From: Eledone cirrhosa
Lineage: Eukaryota
Direction: 5' to 3'
Assembly: GCA_964016885.1 (NCBI GenBank)
Contig: OZ024747.1
Coordinates: 18,724,001-18,788,000 of the forward strand
DNA: 64,000 nt
In this document: positions 14,922 through 30,433 of the stretch, in pieces
Layout: every line of letters starts with the position of its first letter
Position numbering within the stretch: the stretch's first letter is position 1
The notes under the pieces: generated by a model
The model's input: only the letters and a program-made list of their open reading frames with translations
Databases searched by the model: none
Told to the model about the DNA's origin: nothing
Program-made: the position numbers and the translations under genes

Positions 14922-15738
14922 TGTGTGTATGTGTGTGTGTGTATGTATGTACAGTTCAATAGACAACACATACAATAACACTCACACACATTTTGTGTGT
15001 GTGCATGAGTGCCTGTGGGTGTGTGAGTGTGTGTGTGTGTATGTGTGTGTGTGTGTGTATGTGTATGTACAGTTCAATAGACACAACACATACAATAACA
15101 CTCACACACATTTTGTGGGTGTGTGTGTACATGAGTGTGTGTGTGTGCATGAGTGTGTGTGTGAGTGTGTGTGTGTGTGTGTGTGTATGTATGTGTGTGT
15201 GTGTGTGTGTATACAGTTCAATAGACACAACACATATGATAACACTCACACACATTTTGTGGATGTGTGTGTGCATGAGTGTGTGTGCATGAGTGTGTGT
15301 GTGAGTGTGTGTGTGTGTGTGTGAGTGTGTGTGTGTATGTGTGTGTGTGTATACAGTTCAATAGACACAACACATACAATAACACTCACACACATACATT
15401 TACATTTGCAATGATATTTAGAGTGGAGTGCAGTGGTTTATTATTTCATTCTGTTACTATCTCACATCTGTTGACTTCATTACACTGTTGAAATACCGTT
15501 TACAACAGCATGGCAGAAGATAAGAGAATATAATTGTAATTACAGTTACATTATGTGTTGATACTTTTGTCCTTAAGCAGGTCACTGTGTCTCCGAGTAG
15601 ATATATATAGACTTTAAGTGAGTATTATATGCATATATACACCCGACCAAACTTGCCTCAAATGGGACAAACCTGTCTAACCCATGCTAGCGTAGAAAAT
15701 AGACGTTAAATGATGATGATGATGATGATGATGATATG

Positions 15739-15769
<31 letters not shown>

Positions 15770-15858
15770 TCCCCCAAAAATGTATACACACTTCAACAGC
15801 ATTCTAATAAATATTGCCTGTACAGGTAATCAAAGTGTGTATACATTTTTGGGACACC

Positions 15859-15940
<82 letters not shown>

Positions 15941-17162
15941 CACACACACACACACACACACACACGTATATATATATGAGATGAATAGGAGTAGATATAT
16001 CACTAGTTCAATACCAAATGTAATAAAGCTCAATGTATTAATTGCTTACAGAAAAATACAGAGCATACTAATTTTAATTTAAGTGAAAACCATTTTATTA
16101 ACTTCTACGTTTGTATCAACTTTAAAGTGCAGCCAACTGTGATTTGCTGATAAATTAATTACTCCATCAAATTTGTAAAGCAGTTGCAATCATTTAACAT
16201 CAAAGTATTCTCAGGAAATCGATATAACATTTGGAGACTGTATTTCTTGTAGAAAAGAGTATACCAAATTAGAATTGTTTGCCTACGTTGGTTTTAACAT
16301 TGAGCAAGAATGGAGAGGAAACCATATTATTGGTTTCTTTCTATTTTTCTTCCTAGCATTAGTTGGGTGTTGTTCAGGAGATACTTTTACTGTGAAACCT
16401 CTGTTGGCTAATGTGGATTTATAGGGGGATGGGGGGCTATCAAAGATAGCTTTATTAAATATCAGAAGCAATCACCTCTATATTTTCTCGATGGATCCCC
16501 AGGGGAGACTAACGTAGGTTATGGATGTTATCCAACCATCATGCCTGTAGCCTACTTCTGAATCTCTTTACCCCTAATTGATTCCTCTGATTCTCTCCTT
16601 AGACATTCTAATTACAAAAACTAACTGACCATGGGTTTGCCTCTCCAAAGCACAAACTGAAGCAGGATCTTTTGGAAAAAAAAGCCAAAGGACAATCACT
16701 GCAAAGCTTTTAATCTAACATTCTACTGAGTCTGCCAATCCAACCGCCTTCATAGGGCTGTGCATGAACTGTAAACATATATTAACTGTACACACCCTCA
16801 AAATACTGTTTCAGTAAAAAAAAGAATAATGAAGTTGCTTCTTTTTTAAAGTCTAAAATAGATTTATCAACTAGTCAATAGCTGATAGTATCACAATGTT
16901 TAAAGTTAATAGCTATTTATTTGTCCACACTAAATGAGAATTACTTCCAAATGTTGACATTTATTTATGAATCTTTGATGGTGGGACAACACTTGATATA
17001 TATTGTTAGTTTTTAATTATTTTTCTTCATATATTTGAATATATTTTTAGGTGTGTTTATGGGGGATATATTTTTTTTATTTATATAGTCTGTGTTTTTT
17101 ATAGTTAAATAATTACAAAGTGAAACCAGATAGAAACTAGAATTGCTTTGTGTGTATGCTTG

Positions 17163-17224
<62 letters not shown>

Positions 17225-17893
17225 TATACATAAATGGCAATTTCTATCTGTTTGTTTGTGAACCTAAAACTAAAAAACTACCAAACCGATCTTGATGAAA
17301 CTTGACACGTGTGTGGGGCTCATGCCCATTTGATTTCTGATGTATATTTCATTTTAATCAAAGGGTTCCCCGGTGGCTCAAACCCCCACTGAACATTTTT
17401 TCCCTTCGATTTATATGAAGTTTAAACCATAGGTAAATGATAAGATATGATGTCTATTCACAAACATATATATATTCTGAAACTACATTGCCCAGGGTAC
17501 TTGGATAAGTATATTTCATTTTAATCAAAGGGTTCCCTGGGAGCACAAAACTCCCGCTGAAAATGTTTCCCCTTCGATTTATATGGAATTTAAATGACAA
17601 GATATGATGTCTATTCACAAATTTTCAGCAAATTTCAATAATATTAAGACACCCTAATGGAGGTTCTATTTTTTTCCTTATAGCAACACTCAACTTCTCT
17701 GACAAACATTTTTTCCCCTGACCAATGCAATCAACAATATTTGTTTGTATTATTGTTTCGTAAATGAATTTGTCTTCGCTTTTCATTATCTGTCCTATAT
17801 TTTGATTTCATTTTTGGTCTGAGAGGCATTGGGCATTTTAATGGGAACTGGGAATACCCCCACTCCTGGGTTTTACTGGGTACCTCAGCTAGT

Positions 17894-17925
<32 letters not shown>

Positions 17926-20900
17926 ACATCCACTTTTCCCTGCTTGCAAGGATGGGACGGGAACTGATTCTGGCTTGATTTCTACAGCTGGATGCCCTTC
18001 CTAACACCAACCTCATTTACAGTGAGTGCTGGGTGCTTTTTTGCCGTGACACCTCCACGACCACTTTGCAGTGGAATGATATGGACCCCAGTCCCTATCA
18101 TCTCATTTCTACAGCTGAGTAAACTGGAGCAATGTGAAATAAAGTGTCTTGCTCAAGGAAACAACACATCACCTGGTCTGAGAATTGAACTCACAACCTT
18201 TCGATTGCAAGGCCAATGCTCTAACCACTAAGCCATGTGCCTCCCATGTGTGTGTATATATGTGGAGGCACATGGCTTAGTGGTTAGAGCATTGGCCTTG
18301 CAATCGAAAGGTTGTGAGTTCAATTCTCAGACCGGGTGATGTGTTGTTTCCTTGAGCAAGACACTTTATTTCACATTGCTCCAGTTTACTCAGCTGTAGA
18401 AATGAGATGATAGGGACTGGGGTCCATATCATTCCACTGCAAAGTGGTCGTGGTGGTGCCATGGCAGCAAAAAAGCACCCAGCACTCACTGTAAATGAGG
18501 TTGGTGTTAGGAAGGACATCCAGCTGTAGAAATCAAGCCAGAATCAGTTCCCGTCCCACCCTTGCAAGCAGGGAAAAGCGGACGTAAAATGATGATGATG
18601 ATGATGATATGCATACATACATATATGTATATATATATAGACCCACATATATATGAAAACTAACACATATGCATATATATATATATATATATAGCAAGAG
18701 AGTGAGAGAGAGAAGGAGCTGTAAGGGACTCATAAAAAATGAATTCCTTCAAATGCTTGGAAAGTTCTCTAGAAGTAAAGAGCTTCTGTTACCTAAGTGA
18801 CCTAATTAGCACTGTAGGTAAATGTCCTGAAAATCATAGTTTAAGGATTTATTGCCTCTGTTGGAAAGAAAGGGATTCACTTTTTAAGTGAAGGGATAGA
18901 GAATCCCTTTGGGAAGATTGTATGGTGCGTGTAATCTTGTATACATACAAGTGAAACATGGGCCTTGAATGCAGAGACTGTGGGAAAGCTGGAAAGAAAT
19001 TAGTCATAAAAGGCAACTAGAGGGGAAGAGTTCAGAAAAGGCATCCAGCTGTAAAGCATTGCCTCAAAAGGTCCAATCCACCCCATGCTAGCATGGAAAA
19101 GTCGACAATGATGATGATGATTTATTTTGTGTGTGTGTATGAGTATGAATTTTTGTATCTCTAAATCTATACAACAATTTTGTGTTATTTGACATACATT
19201 CCTGTGACTTAATTTAGATTCCAGTGTTGGGTTTTGTCTTCTTGGTTTGAACGTGTATCAGCTGGTTCTACCTGGCACAGTCTGGTCAAATTCACCTCAC
19301 TCCAGCTGATGCCAAGTGTCATGTGAAGTTATTTCTGTTAGAAAGACTTAACTGTCTTGTTCTACTTGTTCCTGTCTTTGGAGGAATACAGTCACAATAT
19401 GGGGTTCTGAATGATAAGGTGTCTTTTAATGAAATTTAATTAAAAATTTATGCTAATTTTTAATATGAATGTATTCTTTCTTGAAAACGAATTTTGTTTC
19501 ATTTAACATCTTACCGAGATTAGGGTAGTAGAGATTATTTGTAAAATATAAAGATGTGCTCCATAATCTTTAGGCTAATCATATAAGGGTTCCAAGTCAA
19601 ATCAAATTGGGGAACCACTGATATATCTCCTCCCATCATGTTTTTAAAGATATATGATGTGAGGAAATTTGACTGCTATTTCTAGCAAAATGAGCAACCA
19701 CGTAGGGATCCCTTCTTTTGGTTGATCTTCACTTTTAATTGACTGTGATGTTTGGCACTCCTTGCAAACAAAAATAAAAAAATGGAAAAGAATTCTGTTT
19801 ATACCCAGTCATCCAACAGTGTAGTCAGACTATTTTAGAGCCAGCAGATGGTCTAAAAGTGAACCCTCTCTCTCTCATACCAGTCCTCCATTGACTCCCC
19901 AGTGTCACTTCACTCCTGTTATAGGTGACCCCACAAAATACTAAATGACTTGGAGACAATTATAACAAATAGTCAAAATAGAAATATAGACTGGAGAATT
20001 AACAGATGTTATTATTACTGGGAAATGTGAGACAACTGAATTTAGAATATCAACACTAAAATAACAAATAAGTATTATAATGGATATAGCTGTGTGGTTA
20101 AAAAGTTTATTTCACAGCCACATGGCTCAGTGTTCAATCCCACTCCTCTGTAGTTTAAGCAAATGCAAAGAGATGGAAAAAATATTGCAAGTTCTGTTGT
20201 TCCGTAGGTGTGTGTCCATGAAACATACATACACACCAGGTCTGAACAACTCCCACAGTTACTACCTCCGTCTCTCCCACTCACCCCATCTCTCACTATT
20301 ATGAGCAAATGGAGGCCCATGCGCTAGCTACTCCATGGCTCCTGTGGACTGGCCACCCAGCGGACAGAATAGTGAAGGCCTTTCCCCAGAGAATGGTAAG
20401 GGAGATGAGCTGGAAAAGCCATTCCAGCTCACAAAGCACACACCTGCAGGTAGCAAACTGTGTTTCGATGGTGGTGAGCAAGGTGGGGGCCCAAGGACAC
20501 CAGATGTTTCCACTGCTATAGACTCGACCGCAAACCTGTCAGAGAGCGACCGATATTTGGAGAGTTTACCCTCCTTGGCCCGAGGTGCAGCAGAGCTTGG
20601 GTTAGTCACAGACTGCAATAAGATAGGAAAATAAAAATACAACAAAAGCACTAGCCTGGCCCAGTCTACCTAATGGGAAATTTATGAACAAATTCAATGA
20701 TGGTGTTGGTGGTGATGATGACAATGATGGGGTGTTGGAGGTGATGATGGTGTTGGTGGTGATGATGACAATGATGGAGGTGTTGGTGGTGTGATGGTGT
20801 TGGTGGTGATGATGACAATGATGGGGTGTTGGTGGTGATGATGGTGTTGGTGGTGATGATGACAATGATGGAGGTGTTGGTGGTGATGATGACAATGATG

Positions 20901-23900
20901 GGGTGTTGGTGGTGATGATGACAATGATGGAGGTGTTGGAGGTGATGATGGTGTTGGTGGTGATGATGACAATGATGGAGGTGTTGGTGGTGATGATGAC
21001 AATGATGGAGGTGTTGGTGGTGATGATGGTGTTGGTGGTGATGATGACAATGATGGAGGTGTTGGTGGTGATGATGACAATGATGATGGTGTTGGTGGTG
21101 ATGATGGTGTTGGTGGTGATGATGACAATGATGGAGGTGTTGGTGGTGATGATGGTGTTGGTGGTGATGATGACAATGATGGAGGTGTTGGTGGTGATGA
21201 TGGTGTTGGTGGTGATGATGACAATGATGGAAGTGTTGGTGGTGATGATGACAATGATGATGGTGTTGGTGGTGATGATGGTGTTGGTGGTGATGATGAC
21301 AATGATGGAGGTGTTGGTGGTGATGATGACAATGATGGGGTGTTGGTGGTGATGATGGTGTTGGTGGTGATGATTACAATGATGGAGGTGTTGGTGGTGA
21401 TGATGACAATGATGATGGTGTTGGTGGTGATGATGGTGTTGGTGGTGATGATGACAATGATGGAGGTGTTGGTGGTGTGATGGTGTTGGTGGTGATGATG
21501 ACAATGATGGAGGTGTTGGTGGTGATGATGACAATGATGGGGTGTTGGTGGTGATGATGACAATGATGGGGTGTTGGTGGTGATGATGACAATGATGATG
21601 GTGTTGGTGGTGATGATGGTGTTGGTGGTGATGATGACAATGATGGAGGTGTTGGTGGTGATGATGGTGTTGGTGGTGATGATGACAATGATGGAGGTGT
21701 TGGTGGTGATGATGACAATGATGGGGTGTTGGTGGTGATGATGACAATGATGGGGTGTTGGTGGTGATGATGACAATGATGATGGTGTTGGTGGTGATGA
21801 TGGTGTTGGTGGTGATGATGACAATGATGGAGGTGTTGGTGGTGATGATGGTGTTGGTGGTGATGATGACAATGATGGAGGTGTTGGTGGTGATGATGAC
21901 AATGATGGGGTGTTGGTGGTGATGATGGTGTTGGTGGTGATGATGACAATGATGGAGGTGTTGGTGGTGATGATGACAATGATGATGGTGTTGGTGGTGA
22001 TGATGGTGTTGGTGGTGATGTGACAATGATGGAGGTGTTGGTGGTGATGATGGTGTTGGTGGTGATGATGACAATGATGGAGGTGTTGGTGGTGATGATG
22101 GTGTTGGTGGTGATGATGACAATGATGGGGTGTTGGTGGTGATGATGACAATGATGGAGGTGTTGGAGGTGATGATGGTGTTGGTGGTGATGATGACAAT
22201 GATGGAGGTGTTGGTGGTGTGATGGTGTTGGTGGTGATGATGACAATGATGGGGTGTTGGAGGTGATGATGACAATGATGGAGGTGTTGGTGGTGATGAT
22301 GGTGTTGGTGGTGATGATGACAATGATGGAGGTGTTGGTGGTGATGATGGTGTTGGTGGTGATGATGACAATGATGGAGGTGTTGGTGGTGATGATGGTG
22401 TTGGTGGTGATGATGACAATGATGGAGGTGTTGGTGATGATGACAATGACAATGATGGCAATAATTGTTTCTACTTTTGGCACAAGACCAGCAATTATCC
22501 CAGTTTATTACTGGTACTTTATTTTATCGACCCCGTAAGGATGAAAGGCAAAGTTAACCTCGGCGGGATTTGAACTGAGACCATAAAGGGCCATAACTCT
22601 TTGATGCAAAGCATGGCGTTCAACCCTCTACCGATACTGCCAATCCACCACCCTCATGCTAATCCACCATGGCAATAATTGTTTCTACTTTAGGCACAAG
22701 GCCAGCAATTACCCAGTGCGTTACTGGTACTTTATTTTATCGACCCTGTAAGGATGAAAGGCAAAGTCAACCTCGGCGGGATTTGAACTCAGATCGTAAA
22801 GGGACGTAACTATGCTCGAAAGCATGGCGTCCGACCCTCTACCGATACTGCCAATGATGATGAATTACTACAGATCATAGAATCAACAGTCAACTGGTTG
22901 ATTATTAGAGACCCAAAACACCAAGAAACCCTCTCCCTCACCACCATCATACAGAAAAAAGAAATTACTGACCAATAACTTGTTTACAAACAATTTACAA
23001 TGTCTTAACATCTAAGCTTACTGACACATCAGCTGCTCATCTGCAAAATAACAATTTCATGAAAGGAAGTGAAAGGGTGGCAAGGAAGTGTGGATATAAA
23101 GAAGGCCTAGCTATTGGTAAACAGAGTTGTTATTGAAGACAGCAAAAATAGAAATAAACATCTAACCATGGCATGGATTGATTATTGAGAAAAACTTTGA
23201 CATCATGCCACACTCCTGCATATTGGAGACTGTACTTAAGAAAGCAGATCCACTTACTTCCTATTATTAAAACAAGTTATCATCATCACCATCATCATAC
23301 TCATCATTGCCATCATCATCATCATCATCATCATCATACTCATCATTGCCATCATCATCATCATCATCATCATCGTTATCATCATTATCTTTATCATCAT
23401 TATCTTCATCATCATGATTTTTGTGGCCCAGTTTTCTTACATGCTTCTATGGTTGGATGGAATTTTTTGAGGCAGAATCCTCCCCAACCCTTTGTTTGGC
23501 AAGTTTTCTATATATGTATATATATATATATATATAAAACACACACACACAGAGTTTCTGTAGTCCAAATTCATTCACAAGGCATTGATTGGCCCAAAGC
23601 TACAGTAGAAGACACTTGCCCAAGATGCCATATAGTGGGATGCAGCCTGAATCCATTTGGTTCCAAAGTAAACTCCTTAACCACATATTAACCACATAGC
23701 CAATTATGCTATTTCAAAATAAAAATATCAATAAGAAGATGATAAATTCTAATAAAAAAAATTATTTTAAGGGACTCCTAATACTTTTAAAGGAATGAAA
23801 GGTACAGTGGAGCTTGACAGGAATGCAGAGACAAAGAACAAATATCTAACAATCCAAAGACTCTGCCCAATTGACATCCTTAAAGAGTACGTAGAATTAG

Positions 23901-25075
23901 GTATATATGTCAAAGCTATTCTAAGGTTAGGCAGTAAAATTATACCTCAAGACTTTCAACTACATTTAAATGAGCGGATAATGAGAACACCACCACTTAT
24001 GAATAGATGAAACTGATAACATATCTAATATAGACTACTGGAAAGAAATGAAATAAACATGCTTCACTGGGTGTACAATGTTAATGTGTGTGAATGACAC
24101 AACATGGAGGAATTGAGAGAGAAACTGAGTTAAGTGAAATTCCATTATAATGAAATTCATGGGGTATAAAAAAAAATTTGTTATAATGAAAAATTCTTCA
24201 TAACAAGATCGACCGAAACAAATTGAGTGTTTATTTTTTATTACCTCGGGGATTGAAAAAAAAAATGTATCTATTGTTTTATTTAAATTACTAATGAAAT
24301 TTAATTGTGTTCTATAATTTCAGGTCAAATTCATGATGTCAACCTTCGATCAAATACAACGACTTCTACAAAAGAGGGTCCACTAAATAACGATGATATG
24401 TATATGGGTATGTATTAATGTATCAATATATATATAATATGCTCATATATTCATATATGAGTATGCATATAATGTTGAGCTATGAAACAAATAAGATAAG
24501 GTTTAGTAGTTATTAATCCATTGTTTTAAGATCGTTTCAGAGGACAAAAAAAATACTGATTGCAGTTATGCAACTCCATACTATTTGTCTAAAAAAAGCG
24601 CATCCATTCTGCTGTCTCTTCTCAGAAACAATGGTTTGGGAATTTTATTTAAAAGGATATAAACAGTTCAGGTCTAATGTACCAGAGACATTAAGAGGAC
24701 GAACAAAGAATAAAAAGTGAAAATGAATATAAATGAATAAATAGATAAAATACATATAGTTCTGATAAGGTTATATGTCCTGCCTTAATTAGGTAGACTA
24801 TATGGTTATGTATTAATATGTATGTGTGTGTGCGTACATATATATATATATATAATTAGTAAATTTGTATTCCAATGTTACTAAGTAGTTGCATTGAATG
24901 GAGTCAACCGACGTCGGAGATTGCTCATGGTGTGTTTGCTTGCAGTGTACCTTCGGTTTATGATAATATTTTTATATTATTCAAATAGCGAGGTATAGGT
25001 AACCCATACACTATAGAAACAATTGTTACCTAATAAATTCTTTATACCCGCATTTCCGTTTCATAAACTTCTTCT

Positions 25076-25142
<67 letters not shown>

Positions 25143-25931
25143 CATGTTTTTATTGAAAATATCGAATAATGTACACCATTTTTACCAGTATCACAAAAAT
25201 ACTGGTCCACCCACACACACATTCACACACACACATATATACACACACACATACACACGCGTACATTAACATACAAAGAGACATATACATACACACACAC
25301 ACACACACACTTCTCCGTATAAGACAAGAGCTGAAAAATATCTTTTAACATCTTAAAATATCCCCACACACGTACAGACACATTCCTACTGACCGATCCC
25401 TCTACGACGAATTACTCTGCTACACACACACACACACACTTGTCTTAATAGGCATCTGAACTGTTGACCTGTCAGCAGGCATCCCTGCTGACCATCTCTG
25501 CTGACCATTATCACAACAACGAACCTCTTTACTACTACTACACACACACACATATTTGTCTTAAAAGACTTATTTTTCAGTGACTTCTCAATCAGCCGAG
25601 ACAAACCTACATTTGGCGCAAAATCAATTTTTAACATTCACATGACTTCTACCGACCAATAAAAATTGTTTTGACCATAAGAATTTTTTCATACATCTGG
25701 AGCCACTTTTTTTACATAAAACAGGTAGAATTTCCAAAACTAAATCAGATTAGAGCAAACATCACGGGCGCTCTATCTCAAAATTATTTTTGAAAAGCAT
25801 TAGAAATGCGCAACCGGTAAAAACTTAAAACCAAAACTGAATACTAACCAATACTATTACTAATTTTTACTTATTTCTAATTAAACTATATTTCACTGGA
25901 AACAATTTGCCAGCATTTTCTTTTCCTTTTA

Positions 25932-25970
<39 letters not shown>

Positions 25971-27613
25971 CACTTATGATATAATGCCCTACAGTCAAGC
26001 TTAAGCCATTTTGCCATCAAAACAATTTAAGTTCAACCAAGAGGTATTTATATCCTGTCATAATATCTTCACTTTACTTTCCTTAAGTATGGAGTAATAA
26101 ATTGAATGAGGCCTTACTGGTCATAACTAGCAACATCACATCCATATATATATAGATATAGATATATATATGATTGTGTCTTTATGTGTGTAAAACATTT
26201 TTCGTAAATGAAATATGTGTGGGTTGAGGTGACTACATGTATGTGTATATGTGTGTGTGTTTTGTAAGCCTATATGTGAAAGATAGGCTTATTGTTTTTT
26301 TTTAGGGGGGGGGGGGGGGGGGGTTACTTTTTATTTATATGCCTCCCCCGCCAACATCCTCCACCTTCACCATCCCCTTCTCTCCTTCCCCCCCCCCTTC
26401 TACCCTACCCTACCCTCCACCTGTCATCATGGAGTCAAGAAGTAAACAGACCTGTTGCAGAAAGGATGGCAGTATGGCATAATAGATAAGACACATTAGT
26501 GGTTAAAAGTGTCAGAGATAATTCGAAATCTCAGCTGGTGCCATGTTCTGTCTATGATTGTCACTGTGGTAGAGGTGGTGATGCTGGTTGTAGTGGTGAT
26601 GATAGCAGTAGGGGCTGGTGGTTTAATAGGGCTTAGATTAATTTTATCTCATCCACATTTGATCATAATGAGGCAATGAAGCAACTTCTCTAGCAAACCA
26701 ACAAGGGAAAGGTCTTTCTATGTTTAAACCCTTGATATTTTATTATAGAAACTAAATCATGGCATGTTTCTGCTAGTCCTTGCTACTACAAAATTCCTCT
26801 TATTCTCATTCAAACAGGGACAACATTGACATCTTTTAAGTAAGTCATCATCTCTTAAGGACAGCATCCTCATACTGTGAAGATGGTCACAGGAATAGTC
26901 ATAGATGAAAGGCTGTGTCACGATTTGTTCATATGCTTCACATAGTAGACACTCTGCCCTGGTTTAACACCACCACCAGGTCCTTGGGTACCTTTAGCAG
27001 AGTTGCAAGCATTCAGGCTAGTTCCCCAGTTTAAAGATATTTTCCTCCCTCCTTCCCTCCCACAATTTTTTGAGGCCTCAAAAGGGATTATATGCATTGC
27101 CCTGTCCTCCTTGACTAAACTTTTTCCATTTTTTCTCTCTGTAAATGTAAAAAAATGAGACGGTCATATCTTATTGAAAACTTACCAGCTACTGGTATTT
27201 TCATCCAAAATATTATACAGGATCACTTGTATATGAATACCTTTTTGTTAATGCCTCTGAGACAGTTAGGAGGGAATGAGGAAGATATTCTCAAACTAGA
27301 GGACTGGCCCAAATACTTGCAGTAGAGTGAACCCTGTTAAAGTCACCCAGAGTCCAAGTGCTGATGGTGGCGATAAAATAGAAGGCAGATTAAATCTTTC
27401 ACCAAATGGTATAGAAATTAAGTAGGAGTAAACATTTAGACTGTCAATCTCATCTAGCAATCAACTAATGAGATGGGACTGTCTGTGTTCATTCATTTTC
27501 TTGTCTCCGGCCATATTTTTTATTCATTCATATGTTTTTAGCCATGCGGGACTCTTTTTTCAAATATATATATATATATATATCATCATCATCATCATAT
27601 ATGTGTGTGAATG

Positions 27614-27656
<43 letters not shown>

Positions 27657-27670
27657 GTATATATATATAC

Positions 27671-27733
<63 letters not shown>

Positions 27734-30317
27734 TACATATATATGTGTGTGTGAGTGTATGTATGTATATATATATATGAATGAATAAACATTGTTGTCT
27801 TTGATCTGTATATGAGGTTATATTTTTTTCAGGTTATTCTACATCTGTTGGGGAATTTAATGGTGATCAAATCCAAGGTAAGACAATATTTTTTTTTTTT
27901 TAGTTGATCTTATTACTTCATATTCAATTTAGAATAATCAAAGGTTGTGTTAATTTAACATTTTAAAAGAAATTTGTGAAAGGTATAAATAGAAGATGAG
28001 TAGTAGATAAAATATATATGCAAAAACATGTACAAATGTGTACATAGAAAATATTGACATCAAATGAAAATTTAAAAAAAGGAAAAAATCTGATGTTTCA
28101 GGTTAAACACTTCATCAGAGTAGAGTAAAAGAATGCAAAGAATAAAATATAAGAAAAAGTGTTAGAATTATATGAAGTTATAAAAAGTCTATCGCCATTC
28201 ACAATATTGAACACCACAAGCCCAAATCCTGAAATCACCCAAAATCAGAACACCAAGACATGGAAATACCTAAAATCACAATCCTGAGAATATATTTTAG
28301 GAAAAATAATTTTTTTAATGTTCTTAAAAGACATTTATTTCTTGTAAGAGAGATTATTTGAGAAACATTATATCCTTTTAATCCTTTTGTTACTAAATTT
28401 CTGATGTGAATAGATTAATTTTGAAAATTTCATGAGAAAACTAACCTTTTCATTATGAAGTTGTGTGAAACATAAATTTCTGAAATAAAATTATAATAGA
28501 ATGTTGTAATATAAGTATGAATATTTAAAAACTAGCAGTTGTGTATCATAAAATCAAATTGGTTTCAGGTGGGTTGGAATCAAAAGGGTTAAACAAATGT
28601 AAATAAATGTTGATAATGGATATTTAAGGTGTAATTGTAAAGAATATACAATATCTGCCTTTCATCCTTCTGAGGTCAATAAAATAAAGTACCAGTCACG
28701 TACTGGTGTTGATATACTCAGTTAGTTTTCTCCCCTCAAATTTCTCACTTTGTGCTAGAAGTGTAATGGATTGGCAGACAAAATGATTTGTTGTATTTGT
28801 TCCAGCTCTTTACATTATTGGTTCAAATTTTACCATGATCAATGCCACCTTTCATCCTTTGGGAGTTCATATAATCAACTATTTCCTTCCCTTCATATAT
28901 CTATCTAGCCATGTGCCTTTGTTAAAACCAATTATTACTATTTTTATTATCACCATCATCATCATTACTATTATTATTATCTCGAAGAAATGTTATATCT
29001 TCTGTTTAAGACCAATGGTATGATATTTATCTATAATAATATATAATCATTTTACAGATTATGTGGTTGGTGCTCCAAAAGCAGAAAAACATTATGGCAA
29101 GGTAAGTTAAACTAACAATATATATATATATATTGATATAGTATGCCTAAATAAGTAGCAGAATGGTCATGGCTGAGATACCTTTTGAGCATAGGGATGC
29201 TCAAGTATGTCTGTTCTGTGGCTCAAACAACAACATCAGCAGTATCTTGCGCCATCTTGGGAGCTCTTTATATAAACATTCAGCTTTCAATAAATACCAC
29301 CCAAATCTCCCTCACATCACACTCTACAATCCAACAAAAGTTAGGATACGCTTGATAAATATAGTCCTCGATTGACTGTGCCAGAGTTAAAAGAAGGGTC
29401 ATCACAAATGAAATGTTTTTTAATCGTAGGTCTGTTAACTCTTTAACATTTACATTACTCTATATTTATTATTGTATTTTCATAGTAAACACTTTATCCT
29501 GCATAATTATCTCACAAAATATCGAATCTACAAGATTTTCATATTATTTATTTTGAGAACAATACCTTAACATCAGAATGAGTGGCCAGTTACAGTTGGT
29601 TTGAACAGAATGAGGTAAGAGAATTCTGACCAGATACGGCCAGTTTAAATGCTGAGCCGACCAAAGGTGAAGAAAACATCGTCATCATCATTTACCATCT
29701 GTTTTTCCTGCTAGCAAAGAAACTATAGAAATATCAGCAATGGTATGTAAACAAGTCAATCAAGAAGCCTTTATATGGTTGTTCAAACTCTTAAAAATAA
29801 AAGCTAAATCACTTCAAATCACATTCTTTTGTCTTCCAAGAATGGATACATTGGACAATGTTATCCTAGATATACCAAAAAAAAAAAGAAAAAAAAAAAC
29901 TGTTATGGCTGGTATGTCTTTGATAAGGGGTCGACTTGATCGGAGCTGATCTGGGGGCTAAATAACAGCACACACACACATACACACACACATCTCTTTC
30001 TCTCTCCACTCAAATGTTCTGTCTTTTACTTTCTCAGAAAAACTAGCAGAGCTTACTAGCTACTATAATTTTTGTTTGATTGCAGGTTATGATCTATACT
30101 CAGGATTTAATACACATCCAAAGTATTCTAGGAGAACAGGTAAGCCTCGCATTTTAATTTTGAAAAATTTGAATTGATAAATGTTCATGAATATTGAAAC
30201 AGGGTGTGGACTATTCTGTTTAGAATTTTTTTCTTTCTTTTCTTTCTTTTAGCAATGATTATTTTGTTGATTGCTCTTTCCTTTCGTTTGTATGCACGAT
30301 CTCTCTCACACACTCTC

Positions 30318-30358
<41 letters not shown>

Positions 30359-30395
30359 TATACATATATATATATAATATACATATATATATATA

Positions 30396-30433
<38 letters not shown>

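Noticed and set aside
14697-15395. CRISPR-like repeat/spacer pattern
   Set aside because: Spacers are related (GT)n microsatellites, the context is a eukaryotic intron, and there are no cas genes.
17992-18519. Two nearly identical 79-80 aa ORFs on opposite strands
   Set aside because: Antisense translations of the inverted SINE pair.
20602-22538. Long ORFs (619, 501 and 369 aa) rich in S/P/T, H or I/T
   Set aside because: Translations of a stop-free GGT/GAT minisatellite, open in several frames, intronic.
28085-28122. CUGAUGA..GAAAC hammerhead-like motif on the minus strand
   Set aside because: Stem I has only 2 bp and stem III cannot form; at best a decayed remnant.
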